Source: Vicugna vicugna (Eukaryota). From it: DNA of 64,000 bases. The translations under genes were made by a program, and so were the position numbers. Shown here piece after piece: positions 31,601-42,949 of the stretch. The notes under the pieces were generated by a model. That model was not told where the DNA came from and searched no databases. It worked only from the letters and a program-made list of their open reading frames with translations. How positions within the stretch are numbered: the stretch's first letter is position 1; each line of letters opens with the position of its first letter. The stretch is taken from NCBI GenBank assembly GCA_013265495.1, contig MU062317.1:1548229-1612228 (forward strand), given 5' to 3'.

Positions 31601-33514
31601 TGGCAGGCCCAGAGAGGAGCAGCAAAAACCGAGGATGGGGCCGGGTGCCCCAGGCGCCAGGGCTGGGAAATGGGGGATGGAGGACACGGTGCCCAAAAAG
31701 CCTACGGGGCTGAAAGGGGTTCTCGTCCTGGTCCCCTCCCTCCAGGGTGTCTGCCAATGCCCCTAAAGACCCAGCAGGAAGGGGCCGCAGGCCACTGGGG
31801 GCAGGGATGCCCAGAGGCTCGGAGGAGACCTGGACCAGAGAAGCGCCCACACGCCACAGGGTTTCAGGACGGCGGCTACGGGAGGCCCTCCTCCCAGACA
31901 CGAAAACGACTGTCCAGTCATTGGACACTAAGCCCCAACTGTGCCCCACTGGCCCTACCCAGCATCTCAGCTGCCCTAGCTCGACTGGGAGGCCCAGGGT
32001 AGCCCCGCTCTGCTCACTGATGAACCCTGGGGCCACCAAGATACCAGGCCTATGACAATCGCTCCAGAAACACCTGCAGTGTGTGCAGGGCCAAGAGTGA
32101 CCGGAGCTCCAGGAGGTGGGGTGGCAGCTCCTCCCTAGGGCTGTAAAAATGCCCTCTCCTCCCGAGGACACAAGATCCCAATCTTCCTCTGAAGTCAGCG
32201 GGCGACAAGATTTCTACCTGGCTCGGAACTCAGTCGGGAAATTGACTTACAAGCTCAAGCAGGGAGGGACCCAGCTGGCGTAGCAATGCCCCTGGGGCCA
32301 AGTCATAAGAACCTGGGCGGTGTCACTCCTTGGGGTCCACATGGCCACACAGCTCTGGGGGTGCAGCAAAGCCTGAAGGGGCATCTGTGGACGCATCCAT
32401 CTGTCCCATGCAGCCCAGCTACAGCTGTCATACGACCCGGGTGTCTTGGGGACACCAGGGTTTTCCCTGGGTTCTGGCCTTCCCCAGTCCGAGCTTCCTA
32501 GGGGTTAAGGCAATGGCTGCCACATGGTGACCATCTCCTGCTCCAGGGTCCGCAGCTCCGGGTGATGGGAACACAGCATTCCCAGGCCACTCTCTGGAGT
32601 TCAGCCAGTGCTGGCCGTCCAGCAGGCGCCTGAGCCCTAGGGAGGCCAGGATGGTCTCTTTCCCTGGCGGGGTGTTAGGGCTGCATCCGGCTGTAACAAG
32701 GAAGCTGGACTCTAATCTCGGGGCCCACCCCCAAGGCCAAGGCTGATCTCGCAGATGCCCTGGGTCTCAGCGGGGCTCCTGCCCACCCCATGGCAGTAGG
32801 CACAGGCAGCAGGTCTGCATGGGACCCCAGTGGGCACCTATGAAAAGTCAAAACACCACACCGGTGGCTGACAGCCTGGACCTCTGGGCAGCATGACCGC
32901 GCACAGCCCCTGCTGTTCAGCCCTGGGGCAGCTCTGTCTCTCCTCACCTTGCCAGGGCCATGCTGAGGCCTCTGTCTTCACAACAGGAAGGACAGGCCCC
33001 CTACCCCGAGGAGGGTGGTGCGAAGTGAGGGACTTGAGTGGCCACGCAGGGATTTCTCCCTGGGAGTGGTCTTCAAATCAGCACGTTGCTAGGAATCTGC
33101 ACGTTGCTGGTCTGGCCCCAGGGCCCATCTCAGCTGCTGGACTGCAGGCCCTGCGGCAAGGACAGAGAAGGCCAGGCCTGAACCTGCACACCCTGCTCAG
33201 CTTAGAAGATTCCTTGTAAGGAGCTGAGGCCAAAGGACTGCGTCCTGTCCTAAGGCTGAAAGCAGGGTGCCAGCCTCTTTGGTGAGTGGGTGAGAAGGCT
33301 TCGCCTGAGCAGCCACTTTGGGCCAAGAGGCATGAAGCAAGAGTGATACAGAGATAGGACAGGACAGGAGCTCCAGGCTGCACTCACCAGCAAATGGAAG
33401 GGCCAGTGTGCTCGTTATCTGCACAGGCTGCGAGCAACCTCAAAGCAGGGGATGTCTTCAAGGACGGACATGCACCAAAATTCTAAGCTTAGAAAGTTTA
33501 AAAAAGTCTTTCTT

Positions 33515-34569
33515 AGGCAACCTACAGAATGGTAAAAGGTATTTGCAAAAGATGAGACTGACAAAGGCTTGATCTCCAGAATATACGAACAGCTCCTATA
33601 ACTTACTAAGAAGAAAAGCAGACAACGCAATCCAAAAATGGGCAGAAGAGCTAAACAAGCAGTTCTCCAATGAAGACGTACAAATGACCAACAAGCACAT
33701 AAAAAAATGCTCAATATCGCTAACTATCAGAGAAATGCAAGTCAAAACTACAGTGAGGTATCACCTTACACCAGTCAGAATGGCCGTCATTCACAAGTCC
33801 ACACATGATAGATGCTGAGAGGCTGTGGAGAAAAGGGATTCCTCCTTCACTGTTGGTGGGAATGCAGTTTGGTGCAGCCATTATGGAAAATAGTACAGAG
33901 ATCTCTTAAAAAACTAAAAATAGACTTACCATTTGATCCAGCAATTCCCCTCCTGGGCATATATTAGAGGGAACTTTAATTCAGAAAGACACCTGCACCC
34001 CAGTGTTCACAGCAGCACTATTTACAACAGCCAAGACATGGAAACAGCCTAAATGTCCATGGACAGATGGCTGAATAAAGAAGTTGTGGTCTATTTACAC
34101 AATGGAATACTATTCAGCCATTAACAAAATAAAATAATGCCACTTGCAGCAACATGGATGAACCTGGAGAGTGTCATCCTAAGTGAAGTAAGCCAGAAAG
34201 AGAAAGAAAAATATCACATGATACCACTTGTAAGAGGAATCCAAAAAGAAAAAAAGACAAAAGAACTTATTTACAAAACAGAAACAGACTCACAGACATA
34301 AAAAACAAGTTTATGGTTACCACTGGAGGAAGAGGGGAAGGGATAAATTGGGAGTTCGAGATCTGCAGATACTAATATATGTAAAATAGATAAGCAAGTT
34401 CATACTGTACAACACAGGGAACCATGTTCGGTGTCTTGCAGTAACCTGTGGCGAGGAATGAGAACAAATGCATGTACGTTCCCATGTGACGGAAGCACTG
34501 TGCTGTGCACCAGAAACTGACACAACACTGTAAACTGACTGTACTTCAATAAAAATACGTTTTAAAAAA
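33515..34569 (+). mobile_element. 5'-truncated, relatively young lineage L1 (ORF2 C-terminus, 3' UTR, short A tail)
   Basis: aggcaacctacagaatgg, aatggaatactattcagccatt (MEYYSAI), atggatgaacctggagagtgtcatcctaagtgaagtaagccag; AATAAA at 34548-34553. The 3' UTR is shared with the copy at 62325. No clean TSD. Confidence 0.92.
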
Positions 34570-37500
34570 CAGCCTCTCTTTTTAAACAAAGCAGTCTTCT
34601 CCACAGTCAGCTTGAGACCCTTCCCTGCAGTGTGGCACTTGGTGGTGGTGGGCACCCCATCTCCTCGCTCTGCGGGGTAAGTCTGGGGGCGTAAACACCC
34701 CCACCCCCACCCCATCCTCGCAGGGCGAGCAGCCAGAGGCCAAGAGACACAAACACGACACCCACTCCAAATGCACACGCAGATACAGGGACCCAAGAAT
34801 CCCTCAAGTTTTGGAACAAAAGAGAAATGCCTCAAAGGCCAGGGATCCTGAAAGTGTCAGGACTGGAGCTACAGGGGAGGTCACTCCTTTTCCGTGGAGA
34901 GCCAGCAGCACTCACAGACGAGACCAAGCACCACCTTGGGCAGAGCTTGCCAGCCAAGTAGGGGCATATCGTGCTCTCCACACTTCTCACCATCCGCTGA
35001 CCCCTGTCGGGTGGGCCTGGAGGACCCCGGGGCCGTGGGGGAGGGCAGGCACTCTGACCTCCCTCTGGGGCTCCAGCCGCCCAGGCAGCTCCTGTTTTAA
35101 CTCTCTGGCCCTAGCCCCTTTTGGAGACAAATGCTGAGCACCAAGAAAATGATCTGATTGTAGCAGGTGACTGGAGAGAGCGGAGAAGGGGTCCTGGTAC
35201 ACCTGGGGCGGGGGCGGGGGGGCCCTGCCCTACCGCCCCCAGAGGGGAGGACCACCGCCCTCCAGGAACCTGTGTCACGTGCCCGGGCTGTGGGCACAGC
35301 CAGCTACGGCCTGATCTGCACCAAAGCAGACAGCAGGTCCTGCGGCAGAGATGAAGGCCCCTCCACCCCGAGCGCAAAAGGCAGAGGACAACCCAGGCGT
35401 CCTGCAGGCCGGACAGGCCTCCCCTCAGGGCCCCATCCCACTTCCGGCCCAGCCACAGGGGCCTGCAGGGGTCCCTGCACAGGCGTCACAGGTGTTGGGA
35501 GGAGGCGCGAGGAGGGGCTCTCCCTGGGTGAGCTGCTCTGCTGTCTGCTGGGCCAGGCCCCTCCCCAAGGCCCCTCCTCAGCTTCCAGCAAATACTTAAA
35601 GATGCAGAATGTTCCTGGAGAAACCCAAACCCCCACAGCCGCCTCCTGCCCCAGGACTCCGGGGGGCTGAGACAGAGGGCAGGGCAGCACGCAAAGCCAC
35701 CCCAGCCACCCACCCCGTTGTGCCGAGGTGCGGGGGCTCCTCCTCGGGGGAACCCAGCTGGGGCTCTGGACCTCTGGAAACACAACTCATGGGTGGGGAC
35801 GTGGTCAGAGCCCGCTGCCCAAGGCCAAACGAGCATCCTTCCTGCTGCAGTGTGAACTAGGCAGGGCTGGACATTCCAACACTGGAGCCCCTCCTCCACT
35901 CCCCCATCACCTCTCCCATGGTGGGCCCCAAGGCGAGCCTGTCCAGCTGAAGCAGCCCCTGGATTCCCCTACACAGCTGCTCCTGCCCCAGGTGGGGCCA
36001 CGGAACTGTGCTCAGAACAGCAAGGAGGCCACAAACATGGCCACGGGCTGACCAGAGGGCGTAATGACAGGTGGATGCGGGGCAGGGGGTGTCCACACTT
36101 CTAGCCTCCCTCCCGCAGTCCCTTCCAGGCCCACTGACTGACCAGTGACCAGCATGGGGCTGACGGTAATGTCCATCTCGCTGGCCCTCACACCATGCAG
36201 GCCCTGACCTGAATCCCACATCAGGAAACACGTCACAGGGATGCACGTGCATACAGCCACAGCATGGACCCAGAACCTTGGACACCACGTGAGAGAAGGC
36301 CCCGTCTGCCTGATCACAGGCAAAGCACGCACAGGCTCTGCTGCTGAGACGCCCTGGAACCCACAGAAGGGACCAGAACCAACGTCTGGGGGAGGTTTCC
36401 CCAAATACAGGAGCACTTCCAGCCTTGCTCACAGCAAACACAAAAAATGGAGGACAGAGCTGGGAGCTGGGCAGAGCAGCGGAAGCAAGAGGCTGCCCCT
36501 CGGCAGGCTAGGGGCAGCGGGGAGCTGTGCCCACTCAGCCTGCCCAGGCCGCCCGCCCTGCCCCTCCTGGTCCTGCAGCTCTGTGCCCCACCCGGGCCAC
36601 CCCCACCCTGGAGCCCAGCCTGCCTCATGCACTGTGGGCCACCAGGCTGCACACGGCGGGATGCCGTGATGACCACTTCCAGAGACAAGGGCCCCCTGGG
36701 GTCACCCAGGGGCCCACCCATAGCCAGCCCTCAGGCCGAGCTCAAGGTCCACCCGACACTCTCTTTTGAAGGGCAGGCAAGCAGCCTACTGCACACGCCT
36801 CCCCGACACCCGACCTGCCTCTGCATGCAGGGCAGCACGTGGCGGACGAGGCGGCCGCTGTCCCAGGGTCGAGGAACCTTCCGGGAGTCCTGGTGCAGAG
36901 CCAGAGCAGGCCCAGCCACGGGGACACCAAGCCTCAAGGGAGGGGTCAGGAGGTCAGCACAGGCGCAGACCAGCACAGACTGCTTCCCTGACCAGATCCC
37001 AGCCCAGCCACCTCGCCCCTGGCCACTTCTTGCCACATCCTTCGTCCCGAAATTCGAGGCTCCATCCCACAGCACCTGGCCCAAGACGACAGCCCAGGTG
37101 GGCCAGACAGAAAACCACTGGGGTCAAGACTTCAGCCGGCTCGGCCAGCTGCCCCCAGCCCGGGGTGCGTGCAGACCCACCAGAAGTGATGTCCACCCCC
37201 ACGGAGACACAGAGTCCTGGCCTCGCGTCCCCAGCGCACCCGAGCGCAGTGTGAGCAGCGGGATGGAAGCCAGTCCTCGCGGATCAAAACGTGGGGGCCC
37301 CTCCGAGCTCAGGGAGCCGCCGCAGGGCTGCTGGGCTTTCAGTGCGGGGCCAGCACGCGAGGGGCCCCCAGCGGCCTGGGAGGAAGGGCCGGGCGCTCCC
37401 CTGCGGAGGGAGAGCCTGGGGCGACGCGACACCAGGCAGCCCGTGCCCGACTCCCAGCACCACAAGGCGGTTCCCGATCTGGGACCCTGGGCTCCGGCCA

Positions 37501-40500
37501 CCTGATCCGCCCCTGGGAAGGGGCACATCGAATGGAGGCGGCAAGCCAGAGCACCTTGGGTCACGTGGGCTAGCTGCAAGCACTGTCAGAGGTCATGGCG
37601 TGGCTGAACCATGGTCCTGGGAGCACAAACATTTCCCCTGCTCCAGGGTCCAGAGACGCCAGGCCAGCGCGGGTAGGAGCAGGGGCGGGGAGAGAAACGG
37701 GGCTCTTGTGAGGAGATGAAGCGCTGGCGCGGTGGCGGGGAAGCTCGGTCTCCACTAAACACGCAGGCATGTCGAGGAGAACGCCAAGGGCACAGGGCGG
37801 CACTTCAGTTTTTCAGGCAATCAGTCGCCATGTGAAAACATGGACTTGCCCACTCTGATTTTTTTTTTTTTTAAGAAAAGTCCCAAAGGCCTTCCCGTGC
37901 CTGGGCCCACAGAAGCCCGCATCCCTGCACATCCGAACGCGGCCCCCAGAGCCACCTTTCCCGTGGCTTCAGCAGGTGGTGCCGTCCCCACTGCTCTGGT
38001 GTCTCTTTGTCCTAGGCCCAGACATACATGTGTGTTTTTTCTCAGTTTTAACACCGTTTTTCAGCTACTGAAACATTTCACCTCAGTGGCTTGCAATTCA
38101 GATCTTTCAGTGTGTTTTTCATCCCTGAAAGGCCATGTCAAGCCCCAGCCTGGACCGTCTGTGCGGAGGGCGAAGGGTCGTGAGAACACACGACTCGGCA
38201 TAAAAATCAGGGCAGTGACCTTTCGACCTGGCCTCTCTGCAGGGCCCGGGCCTGCAGGGCCAGGGAGGGCCGGGGGGCAGGGCACTGCCCCCCAGGCCCC
38301 TGGGCTCAGCCCTGCACCTGCCCAAGGGCCATGTCCCTGGGAAAAGAAACAAGCAAATGGGAGAGCACATCCTCACCCCCGCCCCTCGCCCCCAGGACGC
38401 ACCTGTGCTTTGGGGACCGGGTCCCCTTTTCAAGAAGCCAGTTTCTGTAAACTTGGTTGGGTGGCCGTCCCCCCACATCTGCCATCTGCACAAAGGTCAC
38501 AGCATCTCCGACCCAGACAGGAGGAGGGGCACCCCGGGTCCCCCAAGTCCCTGTGGGCTGGGTAGCCACCCAGGAACCCCCAGGGACCAGGGCTTCATCT
38601 CAGCCCTGGAGGATCCACGGGGACGGAGCAGAGTCTGGGCGCTGATGGGTTCAAAGGGACAAAGGGTCCGGCAGGCAGGAGCAGCTCGGCACAAAGGAGT
38701 CCAAGTCAGCGCAGGACAGCTGGCGAGCACTAGGGCCTCTGCCTCTGTGCTCAGGGTCCCGTGGCTCCAGGCCCTGACCTGGCCCTTCACCCAGCAGGCC
38801 GCCCGGAAGGACAGCTCCAAAGGCACGAGCGCCAGGCCGCCCGCTAGGCCGCAGGGCAGGGGCTGCGCACCCCGACTCTGCCCCATGCGGAGTCTTCACC
38901 CACAGCACACCTCTTGGGGGCAGGTGCCCTCCACCTGGCACTGCAGGGAAGGCAGGCATGGAGGAGACAGTGGCAGCTGAGGGCTGGCCTGACCGCAGGT
39001 GAGGTCATGTCCCAGGGGGCCCCATTCCAGCCACCCACAGTGGACAGAGTGCACCGCAGACTGTGACCGCAGGCCCCAGTCGTCTGACAGGCCTGGCCAG
39101 CTCGTGGGACCGTGTCTGTCTGCCCTGAGGCCCAGCCCCGCGGACGGATGGTCAAGCTGAGTCCTGCAAAGAACACCACCCCCAGGACCCATGGCCGAGG
39201 ACAGGAAGCAGGCTGCTGCCCCGCCTCACCCCCAGTTCCCTCCAGAGACCAGCCTGAACTTTTCACCCTCGGCACAGACATCGGGAGAGGAGGGCACAGA
39301 GGTGTCTGCCCGCAGGCGCCGAGGAGGGCGGCCCCTGGGCCCCTGACACCGTCTGCAGTTCGCTCCCCCACCATCCCCCCTCCAAAAATGTGTATTGCCC
39401 GTTTTACAATCGCCAGATGGCGGCCCAGGGCCTGCTGGCCTCATCACCCACTGTGACCGCCTGACCTCTCATAAACGGGGACAGAGCGGGGACCTGTGGC
39501 CACGCCCCCACACCTGGGAGGGGCCAGCGAAGGTCACCAGGGCTGCATCCAGCCCCTGGCCTGGGTGGTGGACAAGCGGCTCCCAGACCAATTCACGTGA
39601 GATGGGATGAGGGAGAAAGGGCAGGATGGGCAGGGCGGCCGGAGCAGGAGGGCCCCTCGCACAGGACGACAGCAGGTGCCACTGGCGTCCACCCGACAGC
39701 ACGTCCACAGTGAGACCACGTCTGCCAGGGCATGGTCACCAAGGGAGGGGCGCGTGGGGACATCAGGCGTCTGTGCAGAGACCGTGAGCACTCACCAGTG
39801 CACCCTCCACGGGGCTGCCCCCGCAGTCCAGTGCACGCATCACGACAAGCGAGGCAGGAGGAGGCCGGGCTGGCCACCGCCACCCCGGCAGGTCCTCAGC
39901 AGCGGCATGAGCCTGTTCTCCGTGGGGGAGAGCCCACGTCGTTACAAGCCAAGACCAGACGTTGCCGGAGCCTCGTCCGTCCACAGGGGCAAGCCCGAGC
40001 CACCGCGCGACGCCAAGACGCCAGCCGGGGGCGCGGCCCAGCCGCAGCCACGGTGCCCTCCTGGGGCTCTGCAGCTGCCGGAGCACCTGCTGCGCGGCCC
40101 GACTTCCGAGTCAACACTCGTGTCTCTGAGAAGCCATCGTCATCCTAACCGGTTCACTTGGGGCACAGGGAGTGAGAGCCTGAACCACACCCTCCCTCCC
40201 AGAGCTGAAGCAAGAGCGGCTGGGACACAAGCCCCCGCCCAGCCCCTGGCTCTGTGGCCTCCTCAGGGCTTGCTGGACGCTGCCCAGACACACACGACGG
40301 ACATCACAGCAGGTCCCGAACAGCCCAGGGAGCCAGGCGCGTGCGCTTCCAGAGCCCCAACTGCCCGGCCACACCGGGGGCCAGCGCGGCCAGGACACCT
40401 GAGCAGAACTGAGCAGCCACCGTCATGAAGGGCAGCGGGACGCCAGCACGAGCATCCTGGGGCCTGGCCAGGCGATCCTCAGCTTTCAGAGAGCAGCTCT

Positions 40501-42261
40501 GACCTGCTCCCCACTAAGGGCCACTGGGGCCCTGCTCTGCAGCCCTCCCCCAGCTAGTAAGGGAGAACACCACACACGCCTGGGAGAGGACCTTGCTGTC
40601 AATCCAGGCCGGGGGACTCGTCCCCGCCCCCACAAACCAAATCAAATATGATTCAGGATGGTCTTACTGAACGACTCAGGGCCCACGGCACCAACCAGGC
40701 GGGTGGGCACCAGGCAGTGGTCTTCGCCAGCCCCACCTGCCTTCCTCGTCACGGCCAGCACTCACAGTCTCCTGCCTCGGGGCTCCCTGCGGTCAGCGCG
40801 GCACTGTGGGGAGCTGGACGAGGCCCTGTGCCCCTGGACACCACTGCCCTGGTGGCCATGAGCCCCTGAGGGCCCTTTTCGACTTAGGAAGCAATCGGCC
40901 CAGCAGCCAGCGCTCCCCACCCCAGGTGCTGCGCTCCACCCCGACTCAGGTGCAGCCGTGGCCGGCCCACCCCAGCCCCCAGCAGAAGCCCCTCACCCAG
41001 ACGCCAGCTGGGCCCGTGCAGAGCCTGTACAGAGGAGCGGAGTGAGGGGTGCACACGCACCCAGGAGGCCGCCCGGCAGGGGCCAGGCACACCTGGGGTG
41101 GGTGTTTCCAGGGGTGAGTAACTTCCACTGGGGGGGGCAGCAGCAGGGCCTCCCCCGGCGCCCAGACCAGCACAGTAGCCACCATGTCCCTGACCAGAGC
41201 CCAGGCCCAGGTCCAGGCCCAGGCCTGCACAGGCTGCTCAGGCTGGCCTGCAGCCTCCTAACACAGCAAGTGCTCGGGCGGCGCCTGCTCACAGGGGAAG
41301 CACTTGGATCTGGACGCCCAGGTCCCCCATGTCCCTGGAGCAGGCTCAGGACCGAGGGGCTGTGGCGTGAGCCCCCTGCTCAGAACGAGCCCTTCCTGTT
41401 GCTCTGGCCACAGCCCAGTGCCTCCTGGACGAGCGAGGACAGTGCTGACCTGCCTGGTCCCCGGCCCCTCCCCCAAGGCATCTCAGGAGAACGGGGCACA
41501 GCCCCTCACCTGGCCAGCCCCACTGCTGCTGCCCGTGCCTCAGGACCTAGAGGACTCTGGATGTGGTCCTCGCGTGAGGCTGTGCACAGAGGAACACAGG
41601 CCACTGTCCGCGCTCTCTCCAGCTGCAACAGCATCACCAGCGTGCCGCTCCCTCGCTCTGAAAGGGACGGCACCGCCTGGAAACCTCCAAAAACCAAGAG
41701 ATGCACTCCACCTCTGCTCAAGCTGAAATCTGAGGGCACGGGGTGACACCCTCCCCCGGAGCCAAGTCCCAGCTCTGAGTATGGTCGGTCCTCACGGGTG
41801 CCATGAGCAGCTCGTGGACACCGAGCCTGTCACGGCGCTGGCTAGGCGCTGGCTCCACGCAGCTGCTGGTCTGAATAGTCAAAATCATGGCGCTTTGTTC
41901 GTCATCAATTCTGACTAAAACTGCAAAGGCAGTAATGAAGATGTTAACAAAGATGAATTTAATGCAGCCAAAATTACTGCAAAAAGGAAAACATACCTGC
42001 TCACAATGGACGTGCCCGTCAGCACAATTCAGCGAGTCTTTAAAAGCTTCCACCTCTAGTCTGACTCCCTCATCTTCCTTCCTAAAGCGGAGACTGCCCC
42101 CAGGACCTGTCCTTCAAAGTTATTTCTCTGTGTGTGGAATTCGGACAGACTGGAGCAGCTCACACACCCGAAGGGACTCCTGTGCAGGGAAGGCCCCCAG
42201 GCTGCAGAGGTCTGCGTCCAGCAGGAAGACACTGACTCTTACTTACCTGTTGTCGTTTTCC

Positions 42262-42400
42262 TTTGCTTTTTGGCGGGGAGAGGGGATTAGGTCTGTTTGT
42301 CTATTTTTTAACGTTTACTTTTTAGCAGAAGTTCTAGGGACTGAACCCAGGACCTCGCGCGTGCTAAACACACGCTCTACCACTGAGCTGTACCCTCCCC
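42262..42400 (-). mobile_element. tRNA-derived camelid SINE (Vic-1-like)
   Basis: Minus strand reads GGGGAGGGTACAGCTCAGTGGTAGAGCGTGTGTTTAGCACGCGCGAGGTCCTGGGTTCAGTCCCTAG followed by an A-rich tail: tRNA-Ala-like head with A and B boxes, resembling the Vic-1 family as recalled. Confidence 0.85.
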
Positions 42401-42949
42401 AATTTTCATTTATGATCTCACCTTTCTAATGTCATTTATGAAAAGAGAGCCCAACTAGAGAAGCTGGAAGTCGATTCTGGACAGGGCAAGAACCACACTG
42501 TGGAGAGAGGGCCCACCTGCAGCCCAGGGGACCAACAAGCCCCCGTCTGGAGGAGCCGAAGCCCAGACGAGACCCAGGCGGCCAGGGGCGCGACGCCCAC
42601 GACTCGGAGACAAGCATGCTGAGAGCCCGGCTGCCCCCGCTCACAGCCTTGTTTCCAGGCAGTGGCGCAGGAGCAGGGGGATGCAGGGGGGCCAGGGACC
42701 CGAGCTGAGGAGACAATGCAGCCGGAGTTCACAGGACGGAGCCCCTCAGAGAGGACATGGCGTGCAGAGTGCAGGTCAGCACATGCGTGAGGACACCACC
42801 GAGAGGGTCAGAGGGAACAGAGCCCAGGGCTCACATGGCGCCGGGAGCAGCCCCTGTTCCAAACAGGCAGGCTGGAAAACCTCTGAATCCATGGAGTGCT
42901 CACTACTCAGGAAGGTTTTGCCATAGCCCAAGGAATAATTAGCCCGAGA

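Noticed and set aside
37968-37983. CTCF-like TCAGCAGGTGGTGCC
   Set aside because: Mismatches at informative positions; not supportable without a PWM scan.
42330-42400. tRNA-Ala-like sequence
   Set aside because: Degenerate arms and B box followed by an A-rich SINE tail: a SINE head, not a tRNA gene.
41887-42429. 180-aa ORF with less biased composition
   Set aside because: It runs from an AT-rich island into the antisense SINE and resembles no protein I recognise.
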